Shown here: positions 1 to 10,740 of the stretch, one piece after another
Position numbering within the stretch: the stretch's first letter is position 1
Layout: the number at the start of each line of letters is the position of its first letter
Source of the DNA: a bacterium
GTDB taxonomy: Bacteria > Zhuqueibacterota > Zhuqueibacteria > Zhuqueibacterales > Zhuqueibacteraceae
DNA: 38,185 bases
Reading direction: 5' to 3'
Assembly (NCBI GenBank): GCA_044869275.1
Contig: JBIOXB010000065.1
Location: 1-38,185, forward strand
Made by a program: the position numbers and the translations under genes
Notes under the pieces: model-generated
Told to the model about the DNA's origin: nothing
Databases searched by the model: none
Seen by the model: the letters and a program-made list of their open reading frames with translations, nothing else

Positions 1-240
1 GTGCAACCGAATAAAGCTCAGTGAGTTACAATAATCATTGCCCCTTGCTGCACTCTGCGACGGACCGGCCACCTGCAATTCTTACGGACGCTCGAGCAAC
101 TCGGCAACCTTCACCTGCAACGGCCTAGCATTAGCACGGCAAGATTAAGGCGCCTCCGGCCATGCGATATCGGTTTCCAGCCAAGTGACCGCAGCCGCGC
201 GCGGGCCGAGCCTTTGCTGAGCAATTTGACGGAGGAAACC

Positions 241-408
241 ATGACAGGCGAATTGGTGGTCAGAAACACGATGCGCTTGAACGCGAGTGCGAATAAGGTT
301 TGGGAGGCTTTGACCAATCCGGAGTTGACCAAGAAGTACAAGGATACCATCGCGGGCTGGGAGTTTGCTTCGAAAGGGTTGAGAGCAGTGGTGGAAAAGC
401 AAAGCTAG
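241..408 (+). pseudogene. Internally deleted SRPBCC/AHSA1-like (START-fold) gene, 55 aa
   Basis: SD GGAGG upstream of ATG 241. The N-terminal motif 'NASANKVWEALTNPELTKKY' joins directly to a C-terminal helix 'GWEFASKGLRAVVE'; the central sheet is absent. Confidence 0.6.
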
Positions 409-415
409 CGGGCAA

Positions 416-440
416 AGAGACGATTCGGCGAATCGTCTCT
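416..440. repeat. REP-like perfect palindrome, possible bidirectional terminator between convergent genes
   Basis: AGAGACGATTCG-G-CGAATCGTCTCT, 12-bp perfect arms. Confidence 0.7.
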
Positions 441-450
441 ATAAATCAAA

Positions 451-3021
451 TCAATTAAACGAAATCCCCACAATGATACGCCTGCCGATATTGTCTTCCA
501 ATGGCGCGGAAGGCTGGCTGAAATCTATGCCGTTCTGCGCAGGATAGGCATACTTCAAATTCAGGACATTCCGGGCTTCGAAAAAGGGCTGAAAGCGCAG
601 GCCGAACCCGTATAGCGGAACTGCCCCTTTGATGGAAAGAAATTGACGCCAGCCCAACTCGACCTCTTCGCCCGTGAACCAATTCAGCGCTTTGGCCGGG
701 CCGTAGATTTGCGAGAACATACTGAGAAGATGGCCCCTGCCGTTCTGCCAGTTGAGGAACACACCGATCGTATGGCGCTGATCCCAGGCCAGAGGATATT
801 GATAGCTGTCATTGAGTTCCAGTTCACCGCGCGCAATACCCAAAAGCTTGGCTTCCGGCCAGGAGGCTGTGCCTGAGCCATGCAAGTAGGTATAAGTTGC
901 GGCGCCCATGAATTCGCGGCTGAATTGCCGGCGATAGGACATTTCCAAGCCGCCAGTCGTGGACTCGACATTGCTGTCATATTGAAAAACGCTGGTGGGA
1001 TAACCGGGCACGGGCGGTTCGATCCGGTAACGCTTCATGCCCACCAAGTTGGAGTATTTCCGCCAAAAGCCCGTGAGCGTGAACACGGTTTGCTCGGTCA
1101 TCGCGCGGCGGTACGTGGCTTCCCAAGCTTTGGCCTGCACGGGTTTGAGCGCGGTATTGCCGTAAATCGCCCAATAAGCCGTGCGCTCGCCTGTGGTATT
1201 GGCATAGAGGTAATAAAACGGCGGCAATTCGTAGAAATGTCCGTAGTTGATAGAGAGATGCTCGACATTGCCGATGGGAATGGCGAAGCTCACGCGCGGC
1301 GCAATTCTGTGGTGAAGGACGCGCGGGCGCGAGGCCAGCGAAGAATCATTGGCTTGGAACCGCGGCAGGCGCACGATCTGCGCAGGCGTGTTCTGGAAAA
1401 CGCCGGGCTGAAGCGGCACGGATAGCGAAGAGCCAAGGGGGAGCAATGCGCTCAGCTCCGTCGCCGGGCGGTTCGGCGAAAAGACTTCATACCGCAAACC
1501 GAGAGTGGCCAGGAAATCTTTCAGCTCGATTTTATGATGCGCATAACCGGCAATGGCAAAAGGATCCTCTGCGAAGGCGTTGGCATAGCGGCTGTAAACA
1601 AAATTGCCGTCCCGCGTGTTGCCATCAGGCCAAAGCAAATAGCGGTCACTCTGCCCGGCCAGATCCCAATAGCTGCCTTCCACGCCGACTTTGAGTTGAT
1701 GCACGGGGTTGAATTGCCTGACCAGGTTTGCGCGGCCCAGCCACTGCCGTTCGCGCAAGTCTTCTTGCCAGGGCTCGACCGTGCCAGGCCATTTTACGCT
1801 CAGTTTTTCCGGTGTCTGCACCTCAACGTTCCCGTCCAGTCCCGTCGGCACACTGCCTGACACCTGGCGCTGGAAATCACTCCTGCTCATTTCGAGCTGG
1901 TAGTACATTTTCGCTCCGAGCGTGTGCGTGAGCGCCAGGCTCATGCGGCGGTTATCATTCACGCGTTCTGGCAGGGCCGAGTAGCGCTCTTGCCAGAGCG
2001 GATCATACTGGCGCCAATCCCAGCGCGAAGCGAGGATTTGCCAGCGCATAAAAAGATTCTGCGACAGGCGCAGGGTGATTTTGGCGTTCCAATCGTAATT
2101 CTGCAGGATCGGCGTGTGCAAGCTCGAGCGCAAGGCGTCGCGATAAGGCGTGTCGGTATATTCCGCCTTGCCGGAAATGAAGTAATTCGCGTCGAGCGCT
2201 GACCCGCCAAAACCCAGCGACACTGGGCCGCCGAGCGCCACTTCCGCGCGGCGCGAGTTTTCGTAAATCTCATCGTAGCGGCTGGGGAAATCGCTTGCAA
2301 TTTTAAGGGACAAGCCTAAATTGTTACGGCCATCTTTGGTAATGAGATTGACCAGGCCCGAGGTGAGATTGCCATACTCCGCGCTAAAGCCTCCGGTTTG
2401 CACGACCATCTCGGTAATCGCCGGGACCGGAAGCGAAAAGGCCATGGCGCGCGTCCAGGAATCACTCGCCGGCAGGCCGTCGATCAAGTATTGCACGCCC
2501 GTATTCCGGCCGGCACGGAAATGATTGTTGACGTAACCCGGAATCAGGGGCAAAAAATCATAAAAACTTTGTGCCGGAAAAGAGGTGCCGATCGTTTCCT
2601 CACCCAGATAATGCGTGCTCGACAACACGTCACGGAGAATTTGCACGCGAGGCGCCGTGACCACAATCTCTTCTCCCAATTCGAGCACGCGGCTCTGTAA
2701 TTCGAAATTGGCGGAGGTATTCAAATCGGTTTTCACCTCCACGTCCGTGATCTTCATGGGTACGTAGCCGATCATGCTGGCGCGAATCGTATGCGTGCCC
2801 ACGGGCACGTTGTAAATCACATAAAAGCCGTATTTATCTGCCATGGAACCGAAGTTCGTGCCCTCGACGACGAGAGAAGCGCCGGGCAACTTTTTGCCGG
2901 TCTCTTTGTCGAGAACGAACCCGGAAATCTTGCCCGAAGCGCCGGCGAAGAGGATTGCCGGCAGGGTGAAAATCACCAAGTAAATGGCGGCACGGGAGAT
3001 TTTTGTGCGGGTTGAATTCAT
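451..3021 (-). CDS. TonB-dependent receptor with N-terminal carboxypeptidase-regulatory-like domain, 856 aa
   Basis: Signal peptide; 'GKISGFVLDKETGKKLPGASLVVEGT'; 'EEIVVTA'; plug motifs 'YLIDGL' and 'TGGFSAEYG...SGLVNLITK'; C-terminal aromatic strand 'GRRIIVGISFN'. Confidence 0.9.
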   Translation of the reverse strand: MNSTRTKISRAAIYLVIFTLPAILFAGASGKISGFVLDKETGKKLPGASLVVEGTNFGSMADKYGFYVIYNVPVGTHTIRASMIGYVPMKITDVEVKTDLNTSANFELQSRVLELGEEIVVTAPRVQILRDVLSSTHYLGEETIGTSFPAQSFYDFLPLIPGYVNNHFRAGRNTGVQYLIDGLPASDSWTRAMAFSLPVPAITEMVVQTGGFSAEYGNLTSGLVNLITKDGRNNLGLSLKIASDFPSRYDEIYENSRRAEVALGGPVSLGFGGSALDANYFISGKAEYTDTPYRDALRSSLHTPILQNYDWNAKITLRLSQNLFMRWQILASRWDWRQYDPLWQERYSALPERVNDNRRMSLALTHTLGAKMYYQLEMSRSDFQRQVSGSVPTGLDGNVEVQTPEKLSVKWPGTVEPWQEDLRERQWLGRANLVRQFNPVHQLKVGVEGSYWDLAGQSDRYLLWPDGNTRDGNFVYSRYANAFAEDPFAIAGYAHHKIELKDFLATLGLRYEVFSPNRPATELSALLPLGSSLSVPLQPGVFQNTPAQIVRLPRFQANDSSLASRPRVLHHRIAPRVSFAIPIGNVEHLSINYGHFYELPPFYYLYANTTGERTAYWAIYGNTALKPVQAKAWEATYRRAMTEQTVFTLTGFWRKYSNLVGMKRYRIEPPVPGYPTSVFQYDSNVESTTGGLEMSYRRQFSREFMGAATYTYLHGSGTASWPEAKLLGIARGELELNDSYQYPLAWDQRHTIGVFLNWQNGRGHLLSMFSQIYGPAKALNWFTGEEVELGWRQFLSIKGAVPLYGFGLRFQPFFEARNVLNLKYAYPAQNGIDFSQPSAPLEDNIGRRIIVGISFN

Positions 3022-3037
3022 ATTTCCGTTAACTTAG

Positions 3038-3053
3038 GCAAGCACTGTGCCAA
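3038..3053 (-). promoter_or_regulatory. Sigma-54 (-24/-12) promoter of the TonB receptor
   Basis: Minus strand reads TTGGCACAGTGCTTGC, matching TGGCAC-N5-TTGC; AT-rich region upstream. Confidence 0.75.
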
Positions 3054-3323
3054 TGCGGGTCGATTCTTTGTCTAAGCTTGCTGCCTGGGCGTAAACCCCA
3101 AAAGCGGCGGCATTGCCTTACTCCATCTCTTTAAAATAGAATGGGTTAATTTTATTTGCTGTAAGTTTGCTCGAATTCGCGCGACTCATATTAATTTCTA
3201 TTTTTGAATTTTTATCCAAAAGTGTGCAATATGTTTCCAGGCAATGGACGAGATTTGCACAGCAGCGGACTAGACTGGCGGTAAATTGCTATGTTTGCAG
3301 ACACTCAAAAGTAAAATAATTAC

Positions 3324-4661
3324 ATGGCATTCAAAACTTCGTGGCCGAAAGCTGACCCGGCGCAAGGCATGAGCCCGGCCACTTTGCGCTATTTCGAGGG
3401 ATTAGGATTTTTTGGATGGCAGTTGGGGCTTGAAAGAATTGAAAAACTCTGTGCCTTTTACGGAAATCCTCAGCGGCGTTATCCGTCTGTGCATCTCGCC
3501 GGGACGAATGGCAAAGGCTCGACCGCGGCTATTCTGGCAGCGATTGGCCAAGCTGCTGGTTTAAAAACAGGGCTTTACACCTCGCCGCATTTGGTCCACA
3601 TGCGCGAGCGCATTCAGATTAACGGCCAGCCCATTTCCGGTGAAGCATTGGAGGGCTTCATTCGTCATTCTCGGTCGCGCCTCGATCAGCTGCGCGCAAC
3701 CTACTTCGAAGCCTTGACCGCCATTGCCTTCGCTTACTTTGCCGAGCAGAAAGTCGATTTGGCCATCATTGAAACCGGCTTGGGTGGGAAATTGGACGCG
3801 ACCAACGTGATCACTCCAGAAGTTGCGATGATCACCTCCATCGGTTTGGAGCATCAACAATATCTCGGCACCACGCTCGCCCAAATTGCGCAGGAGAAGG
3901 CCGGCATCATCAAACGCGGCAGGCCATGCGTCAGCGGCGTCAAAAACAGCAGCGTGCAAAAGCTGCTGGCCGGGCGATGCCGGAATGCTGACGCACCTTT
4001 TTTTCACGCGCCGGAATGCGCCAGAGTCACCAAGCTCATCCTGGAGGCAGAGGCTTCGACCTTCCGGCTCGCTTCCCGGGAACTAAATCTTGATTACCCC
4101 GCGCTTCGGCTCAATTTGATCGGCCGGCATCAAGTCGACAATGCCAGAATGGCGGTGGTCGGCGCGCATCTTTTGCATGAACGAGGCCTGCTAATCTCCG
4201 GTACCGCTGTGCAACAGGGCCTGGCGCAAGTGCGCTGGCCCACGCGCATGCAACTATTGCGGACTGCCCCGCCAATTCTAATCGATGCGGCGCACAACTC
4301 TGAAAGCATGCGCATCCTCGCACGCGGCATACGAGAATTATTCCCGCGGCGGAAGGTGCGCCTGGTGATGGCACTTTTGCAGGACAAATCCGCGGAACGC
4401 GTATTGCAAGCCTGGCAAGAGCTGCGTCCCCGATTCTTTTTTGTGCCGGTGGCAACCGAGCGCGGCATGCAGCCCGAGCTTTTGGCGCAAGTGGCCCGGC
4501 GCCGTCGGTTCAATTGTGAGGCGCATGTTTCGCCACATGCCGGCATGCAAGCGGCCTCGCAAGATGCCAGTGACCGAGATTTGATCGTGGTCGCCGGCTC
4601 GCATTATTTGTTGGGCGAATTGATGAAAGATGGCCTTTTGCCCTATCCCTATATCTTGTGA
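3324..4661 (+). CDS. folC: Bifunctional folylpolyglutamate/dihydrofolate synthase
   Basis: 'HLAGTNGKGST', 'GLYTSPHL', 'ETGLGGKLDATNV', 'DAAHN', 'AGSHYL'. Confidence 0.95.
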   Translation: MAFKTSWPKADPAQGMSPATLRYFEGLGFFGWQLGLERIEKLCAFYGNPQRRYPSVHLAGTNGKGSTAAILAAIGQAAGLKTGLYTSPHLVHMRERIQINGQPISGEALEGFIRHSRSRLDQLRATYFEALTAIAFAYFAEQKVDLAIIETGLGGKLDATNVITPEVAMITSIGLEHQQYLGTTLAQIAQEKAGIIKRGRPCVSGVKNSSVQKLLAGRCRNADAPFFHAPECARVTKLILEAEASTFRLASRELNLDYPALRLNLIGRHQVDNARMAVVGAHLLHERGLLISGTAVQQGLAQVRWPTRMQLLRTAPPILIDAAHNSESMRILARGIRELFPRRKVRLVMALLQDKSAERVLQAWQELRPRFFFVPVATERGMQPELLAQVARRRRFNCEAHVSPHAGMQAASQDASDRDLIVVAGSHYLLGELMKDGLLPYPYIL

Positions 4662-4687
4662 AAAAACCTTCACGCGGGAGAAAACAC

Positions 4688-4716
4688 TTGACAAATAACG
4701 CCGGAATTTATACCTT
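4688..4716 (+). promoter_or_regulatory. Sigma-70-type promoter
   Basis: TTGACA-N17-TACCTT, about 85 nt upstream of the ABC ATPase. Confidence 0.65.
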
Positions 4717-4799
4717 TTGCTGCAATTCCAAATCCTGCGACACGTAATCCAATCCGAAATTTGCCTTTCATTCTCTGAACCACTGGTCAACCCAACCTT

Positions 4800-5909
4800 A
4801 TGGCGCGTGTTCTGCTGCGTGAAGTCAGCAAGGTGTATGACAAAGGCGTGGTGGCCGTCAGCAAAGCCAATATTGACATTCCGGATAAGGAGTTCGTGGT
4901 TCTGGTCGGGCCGTCAGGATGCGGCAAATCTACGACGCTGCGCATGGTGGCAGGTTTGGAAGAAATTTCCAGCGGAGAAGTGTTTATTGGCGACCGCATG
5001 GTGAATGACGTGCCGCCGAAAGACCGCGACATCGCCATGGTCTTTCAGAATTACGCCTTGTATCCGCACATGTCGGTATATGAGAACATGGCGTTCGGGT
5101 TGAAGTTGCGCAAGTTTTCGAAGGAGGAAATCGACCGCCGCGTACGCGAAGCGGCGAAGATTTTGGGCATCGAGGATTATTTGGAGCGCAAGCCCAAAGC
5201 GCTCTCCGGCGGGCAAAGGCAGCGTGTGGCTGTGGGGCGTGCCATCGTACGCAAGCCGCAAGTGTTTCTCTTTGACGAGCCGCTGTCCAACCTCGACGCG
5301 AAACTGCGGGTGCAAATGCGCCTGGAAATCTCCAAACTGCACGACCGACTGGAGACGACGATGATCTATGTCACCCATGATCAGGTCGAAGCCATGACCA
5401 TGGGCGATCGTATCGTGGTGATGAAAGACGGCCTGGTGCAACAAATCGACACGCCGCTGAACTTGTATCATCATCCCAAAAACAAATTCGTGGCCGGCTT
5501 CATCGGCTCGCCGGCAATGAATTTCATGACGGGCAAGATCATTCGCAACGGCGGCTTGTATTTTGATGAGGGCACATTTCGCGTGCCCATTCCGGCGACA
5601 CATGAAAAGGGCTTGTCGTCGTTCCTCGATCAACCCGTCATCTTCGGCCTCCGGCCGGAAGATATTCACCTGGCGGAATCCGCACAAGATTTAACGCAAA
5701 AATCGCCGATGTCCGCTACAATAGAAGTCGTCGAACCCATGGGTAGTGAGATCTTTTTGTATTTGAACACGGGTAGTAATAGCCTGGTCGCCCGCGTCAA
5801 TGCGCGCACGGAACCCGCCGTGGGCAAACGCCAGGCGTGTGTGGTAGATATGAGCAAGTCCCACTTTTTCAGCGCTCAAACCGAAGAAAGTTTGAGTCCT
5901 GCGGCGTAA
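4800..5909 (+). CDS. Sugar ABC transporter ATP-binding subunit (MalK/MsmX/UgpC family)
   Basis: Walker A GPSGCGKST, signature LSGGQRQR, Walker B FLFDEPLSNLD, YVTHDQ, C-terminal TOBE region. Confidence 0.95.
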   Translation: MARVLLREVSKVYDKGVVAVSKANIDIPDKEFVVLVGPSGCGKSTTLRMVAGLEEISSGEVFIGDRMVNDVPPKDRDIAMVFQNYALYPHMSVYENMAFGLKLRKFSKEEIDRRVREAAKILGIEDYLERKPKALSGGQRQRVAVGRAIVRKPQVFLFDEPLSNLDAKLRVQMRLEISKLHDRLETTMIYVTHDQVEAMTMGDRIVVMKDGLVQQIDTPLNLYHHPKNKFVAGFIGSPAMNFMTGKIIRNGGLYFDEGTFRVPIPATHEKGLSSFLDQPVIFGLRPEDIHLAESAQDLTQKSPMSATIEVVEPMGSEIFLYLNTGSNSLVARVNARTEPAVGKRQACVVDMSKSHFFSAQTEESLSPAA

Positions 5910-6385
5910 CGCCGTCGAGTTTATGGCATGGTGCTCTCATTCCATTCATACCGGCAAAATCAAGTTCGAATGTCATCTTCGTCCCGCAGCATTCCTGCAG
6001 CGAGGAGTTTCCTGGCTGCGCAGGAACAGCAGGTATGATCTGCGAGCATTCCGTTTGGTGGGCAAGTTTTTCCGCGGGCAAACCCGCCGTCAATTCCTGG
6101 CGCGAATCAGTCGTTTACCAAATAAATAAAAAGTGGGCGCGATCCGGCGGCGCTGAGCCGGACCATCGCCTGAGCAGTCGTGTGTTTTGATGAAACCTCG
6201 TTCATGACCGCAAGCTGTCTGCAGACACACCATATTTCTTTTCGAAAAAATCACCTGTTAGTGTGGTGCTAAAATTTTCTCAATGGTTGAATCGTGCTTC
6301 AGGCCTGGGCCCATGCCATTCCGGATTTCGGACAGATCGGCGCCGTTTTCAAGCACGTTGAATGCCTAAACGCAAAGGGTTATGT

Positions 6386-7633
<1,248 letters not shown>

Positions 7634-7642
7634 TTTTCGTGC

Positions 7643-7671
7643 TTGCTTTTGCAGGCCGGTTGTTATATATT
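7643..7671 (+). promoter_or_regulatory. Sigma-70-type promoter of rpmE
   Basis: TTGCTT-N17-TATATT, followed by SD AGGAGG before GTG 7712. Confidence 0.6.
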
Positions 7672-7711
7672 ATATTTTTGCAAAGTAATATCAAGAAATT
7701 AGGAGGTTTTT

Positions 7712-7939
7712 GTGAAAGCCGGCATTCATCCCAAGTATGTTTTGGGCACGGTCACGTGCGCCTGCGGCCATACTTTTCAAGTCCGCAGCTCGCTGGGCGA
7801 CCAACGCGTCGAAATTTGCTCGAGTTGCCATCCCTTTTTTACCGGCAAGCAGAAACTGGTAGATTCTGCCGGCCGCGTGGAAAAGTTCATGAAAAAATAC
7901 CAGAGCACCGGCGCGAAACCCGCCGCCGCGCGCGCTTAA
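7712..7939 (+). CDS. rpmE: 50S ribosomal protein L31, Zn-binding type
   Basis: 'MKAGIHPKY', CxC and CxxC, 'HPFFTGKQK', 'GRVEKF'. Confidence 0.97.
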   Translation: MKAGIHPKYVLGTVTCACGHTFQVRSSLGDQRVEICSSCHPFFTGKQKLVDSAGRVEKFMKKYQSTGAKPAAARA

Positions 7940-7958
7940 GACTTCAAGACGCGAGCAG

Positions 7959-7998
7959 AAACGGAATGTGCCCCTCTCAAGGCCCGTTCCGTTTTTTT
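7959..7998 (+). terminator. Intrinsic terminator after rpmE
   Basis: Stem AAACGGAATGTGCC / GGCCCGTTCCGTTT followed by a T-tract. Confidence 0.8.
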
Positions 7999-8146
7999 GT
8001 TTGTAGTCAAGAAACGTGGTTGCGCTTTGCTCATTTTCCCATGGCACACCTCGTCCTGCCGTTCTGAAAGCAACTGGTGAGGCATGAGCGCCGGTACCCC
8101 ATTCCCAGATTTTTCGGAATGACATATCCCGGACAAGCCTGAAACC

Positions 8147-8201
8147 CAAAATTCAAAAGACAAAATCAAAAAGAGGTTTTGAACTTTGGATTTTGAATTT
8201 T
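8147..8201. repeat. Inverted heptamer tandem array (CAAAANN / TTTTGAA)
   Basis: CAAAATT CAAAAGA CAAAAT CAAAAAG, then TTTTGAA CTTTGGA TTTTGAA. Confidence 0.65.
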
Positions 8202-8304
8202 TTCGTGAGAAATGCTCAGATTTCAATCGTAATGGGCTACCACTGTTTTTCGAGTGCACCGAAAACCGAAGCCCTGCGGGCAGCTTCACAGCAAAAGCTT
8301 TTGG

Positions 8305-8394
8305 ACACGGATGACGCGGATGAAACGGATTCTCACGGATTTGATATTTTGGTTTTATCCGTGCTGATCCGTTCAATCCGTCTGATCCGTGTTC
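8305..8394. repeat. Inverted ~9-mer tandem array (ACACGGATG / ATCCGTGTT)
   Basis: Four CGGAT-core units, a T-rich spacer, then four ATCCG-core units. Confidence 0.85.
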
Positions 8395-8476
8395 AAAAAG
8401 ATGACTCAAGAACTTTCAGAATTTTATTCTGGGTTTGAAAGATTAAAAATCAGGTCCTTAGTCAAAGATGATCCTT

Positions 8477-9451
8477 ATGTCCGAAAGCAAACTCATGGTC
8501 GGGGGCCAGGCCGTCATCGAGGGCGTCATGATGCGTACGCCCGAATTGGTCACCGTAGCCTGCCGCCGCGCCGACGGCAGCATCACCGTTTGGAAAAAGC
8601 CCTTTCGCTCGTGGCTGTCGCGCTACCGTTTCCTCTCCCTTCCGATTTTTCGCGGCGCGATTGTGCTGGTCGAAGCGCTGGTTTTAGGCATTCAAGCGCT
8701 GACGTATTCCGGCGATTTGGCGGAGCGCGACTACGCGGCAAAAAGCAACGGCAAGGCGCGTCAACCGGAACAGTCTCCCGGAGAACGCACCACCGGACAA
8801 AAATTTCGCATGGCCTTCTCGGTCCTTTTTGCATTTGCGCTCGGGATTGGCATATTTTTTTATGTGCCGCTGCTGCTCACGGACTGGCTTGGCGCGCGCA
8901 CAGGTTTCTGGTTCAACTTGATCGACGGCATCATCCGCCTGGTTTTCTTTCTGGCTTACCTCTCCCTGATCGCGCAAATGCGTGATATTCGCCGTGTGTT
9001 CGAATATCACGGGGCGGAACATAAAAGCATTTTCAATCACGAAGCCAAAACCGATTTGACGCCGGAAAACGCGGCGAAATTCTCGCGCTTTCATCCGCGC
9101 TGCGGCACGAGTTTCTTGTTGATCGTGATGATCGTCAGCATTTTCGTGTTCATGGCGCTGGGCCGGCCGGAAACGGTTGCTGATCGTTTGCTGCGGCTGG
9201 CCTTCATTCCCGTGATCGGCGGGATTTCCTACGAATTCATCCGCCTGTCCGGCAAAGGCTACGGCCATCCGTTTTGGAACATCTTAATTGCGCCGGGATT
9301 GTGGCTGCAACGATTGACCACGCGCGAGCCGGACCAAGGCCAGCTCGAAGTCGCGATCGTGGCGCTGAAAGCGGCTTTGGGGGAAACGGTCGAATCCTTT
9401 CCGAATGTTGTTGTGGATGAATACAAAATTGCTGAAGCACAAGCTGTTTGA
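8477..9451 (+). CDS. DUF1385 family membrane protein (putative metal-dependent enzyme)
   Basis: 'VGGQAVIEGVMM', 'YHGAEHK', 'HPRCGTSF', 'PGLWLQRLTTREP'; usual neighbour of prfA/prmC/rpmE. Alternative start 8468. Confidence 0.92.
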   Translation: MSESKLMVGGQAVIEGVMMRTPELVTVACRRADGSITVWKKPFRSWLSRYRFLSLPIFRGAIVLVEALVLGIQALTYSGDLAERDYAAKSNGKARQPEQSPGERTTGQKFRMAFSVLFAFALGIGIFFYVPLLLTDWLGARTGFWFNLIDGIIRLVFFLAYLSLIAQMRDIRRVFEYHGAEHKSIFNHEAKTDLTPENAAKFSRFHPRCGTSFLLIVMIVSIFVFMALGRPETVADRLLRLAFIPVIGGISYEFIRLSGKGYGHPFWNILIAPGLWLQRLTTREPDQGQLEVAIVALKAALGETVESFPNVVVDEYKIAEAQAV

Positions 9452-9524
9452 TGCTGAAAGGAGATCGGGCTATGCGTGATGATCTTCAAAGGCAATGTTA
9501 TTCCAGAAGGTGTGGGGGTGATTC

Positions 9525-9669
9525 TTGTGGAGAGCAAACCGAATTAGTGGTCACTTTGACTATGGTGGTGTGTTGCTCGTTCCCGTCGAGCTAAATGGCG
9601 AAATTTATAGCTTCATGGTAGATAGCGGTGCGGCGCACGGCGCCATTAATCGCAATTTGTTGGATCAGT
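9525..9669 (+). pseudogene. N-terminal fragment of a retropepsin-like (clan AA) aspartic protease
   Basis: '[27 protein letters not shown]' contains the D[ST]GA motif; similarity ends at the prfA start. Confidence 0.65.
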
Positions 9670-10740
9670 ATGTTTGCCAAATTAGATCAGCTCGAAAAAC
9701 GTTACGAAGAAATCAACGCGCTGCTCGCCGGCGCGGAAGTCGCAGCCAATCCCAAGCGCTTGCGCGAGCTCTCCAAGGAGCACCGCGAGCTGCAGGAAGT
9801 GGTGCGCCAATACCGCGACTACCAGGTGCTGCGCAAAAACTTCGAAGGCGCCCAGCTGCTGGCGCGCGATAGCGACGAGTCCGAATTGCGCGAGATGGCC
9901 GCCGCGGAAGTTGAAGAGCTGCAAGCGCGCCTGGCCCAGCGCGAAGAGGAGCTCAAGCTGCTGCTGGTGCCGCGCGATCCCAATGACGATCGCAACGTGA
10001 TCGTGGAAGTGCGCGCGGGCACCGGCGGGGACGAAGCCGGCTTGTTCGCGGGCGAGTTGTTCCGCATGTACATGCGCTACGCCGAGCGCCATCGCTGGCC
10101 GCTGGAGGTGATTTCCAGCCACCAGCAGGGCATCGGCGGCTTCAAGGAAATCATTTTTCAGATCAACGCGCCCGGCGCGTTCGGTAAATTGAAATTTGAA
10201 GGCGGTGTACATCGCGTGCAGCGCGTGCCCGCCACCGAGCAGAGCGGCCGCATCCACACCTCTGCTGCCAGCGTCGCGGTGCTGCCGGAGGCGGAGGAAG
10301 TCGACATCGAAATCAATCCGAACGATATCCGTGTCGACGTGTTCCGTTCCTCCGGTCCGGGCGGCCAGAGCGTGAACACCACGGATTCAGCGGTGCGTAT
10401 GACCCACATCCCCACCGGCCTGGTGGTGCAGTGCCAAGACGAAAAATCCCAGCTCAAAAATAAAACCAAGGCGCTGCGCGTGCTGCGCGCGCGCTTGCTG
10501 GAAAGAAAGCAGGCGGAAGAGAACGCCAAAATCACACGCGCGCGGCGGCAAATGGTGGGCTCGGGCGACCGCAGCGACAAGATTCGCACTTATAATTTTC
10601 CTCAGAACCGCGTCACCGATCATCGCATCGGCTTGACGGTTTACCGCCTGCAAGAGGTGATGGACGGCGGTCTCGACGAGTTTATCGAGCAACTGGCGCT
10701 GGCCGAGCGCACGGAAAAGCTCAAAGAGGAATTTGCTTGA
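9670..10740 (+). CDS. prfA: Peptide chain release factor 1
   Basis: GGQ ('[17 protein letters not shown]'), RF1-type PxT motif in 'RVPATE', '[16 protein letters not shown]'. Confidence 0.98.
   Translation: MFAKLDQLEKRYEEINALLAGAEVAANPKRLRELSKEHRELQEVVRQYRDYQVLRKNFEGAQLLARDSDESELREMAAAEVEELQARLAQREEELKLLLVPRDPNDDRNVIVEVRAGTGGDEAGLFAGELFRMYMRYAERHRWPLEVISSHQQGIGGFKEIIFQINAPGAFGKLKFEGGVHRVQRVPATEQSGRIHTSAASVAVLPEAEEVDIEINPNDIRVDVFRSSGPGGQSVNTTDSAVRMTHIPTGLVVQCQDEKSQLKNKTKALRVLRARLLERKQAEENAKITRARRQMVGSGDRSDKIRTYNFPQNRVTDHRIGLTVYRLQEVMDGGLDEFIEQLALAERTEKLKEEFA

Noticed and set aside
1..240. attC-like site or Fur box (ACAATAATCATTG, 28-40) at the window start
   Set aside because: No convincing paired R/L boxes; the Fur match is partial and upstream context is missing.
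7936..8438. ORFs 7936-8409 (-) and 8193-8438 (+)
   Set aside because: Composed of translated repeat arrays and a terminator.
9670..10740. Programmed frameshift in the release factor gene
   Set aside because: It is RF1 (PAT motif) with a continuous frame; the overlapping 9525-9872 ORF is explained by the protease relic.
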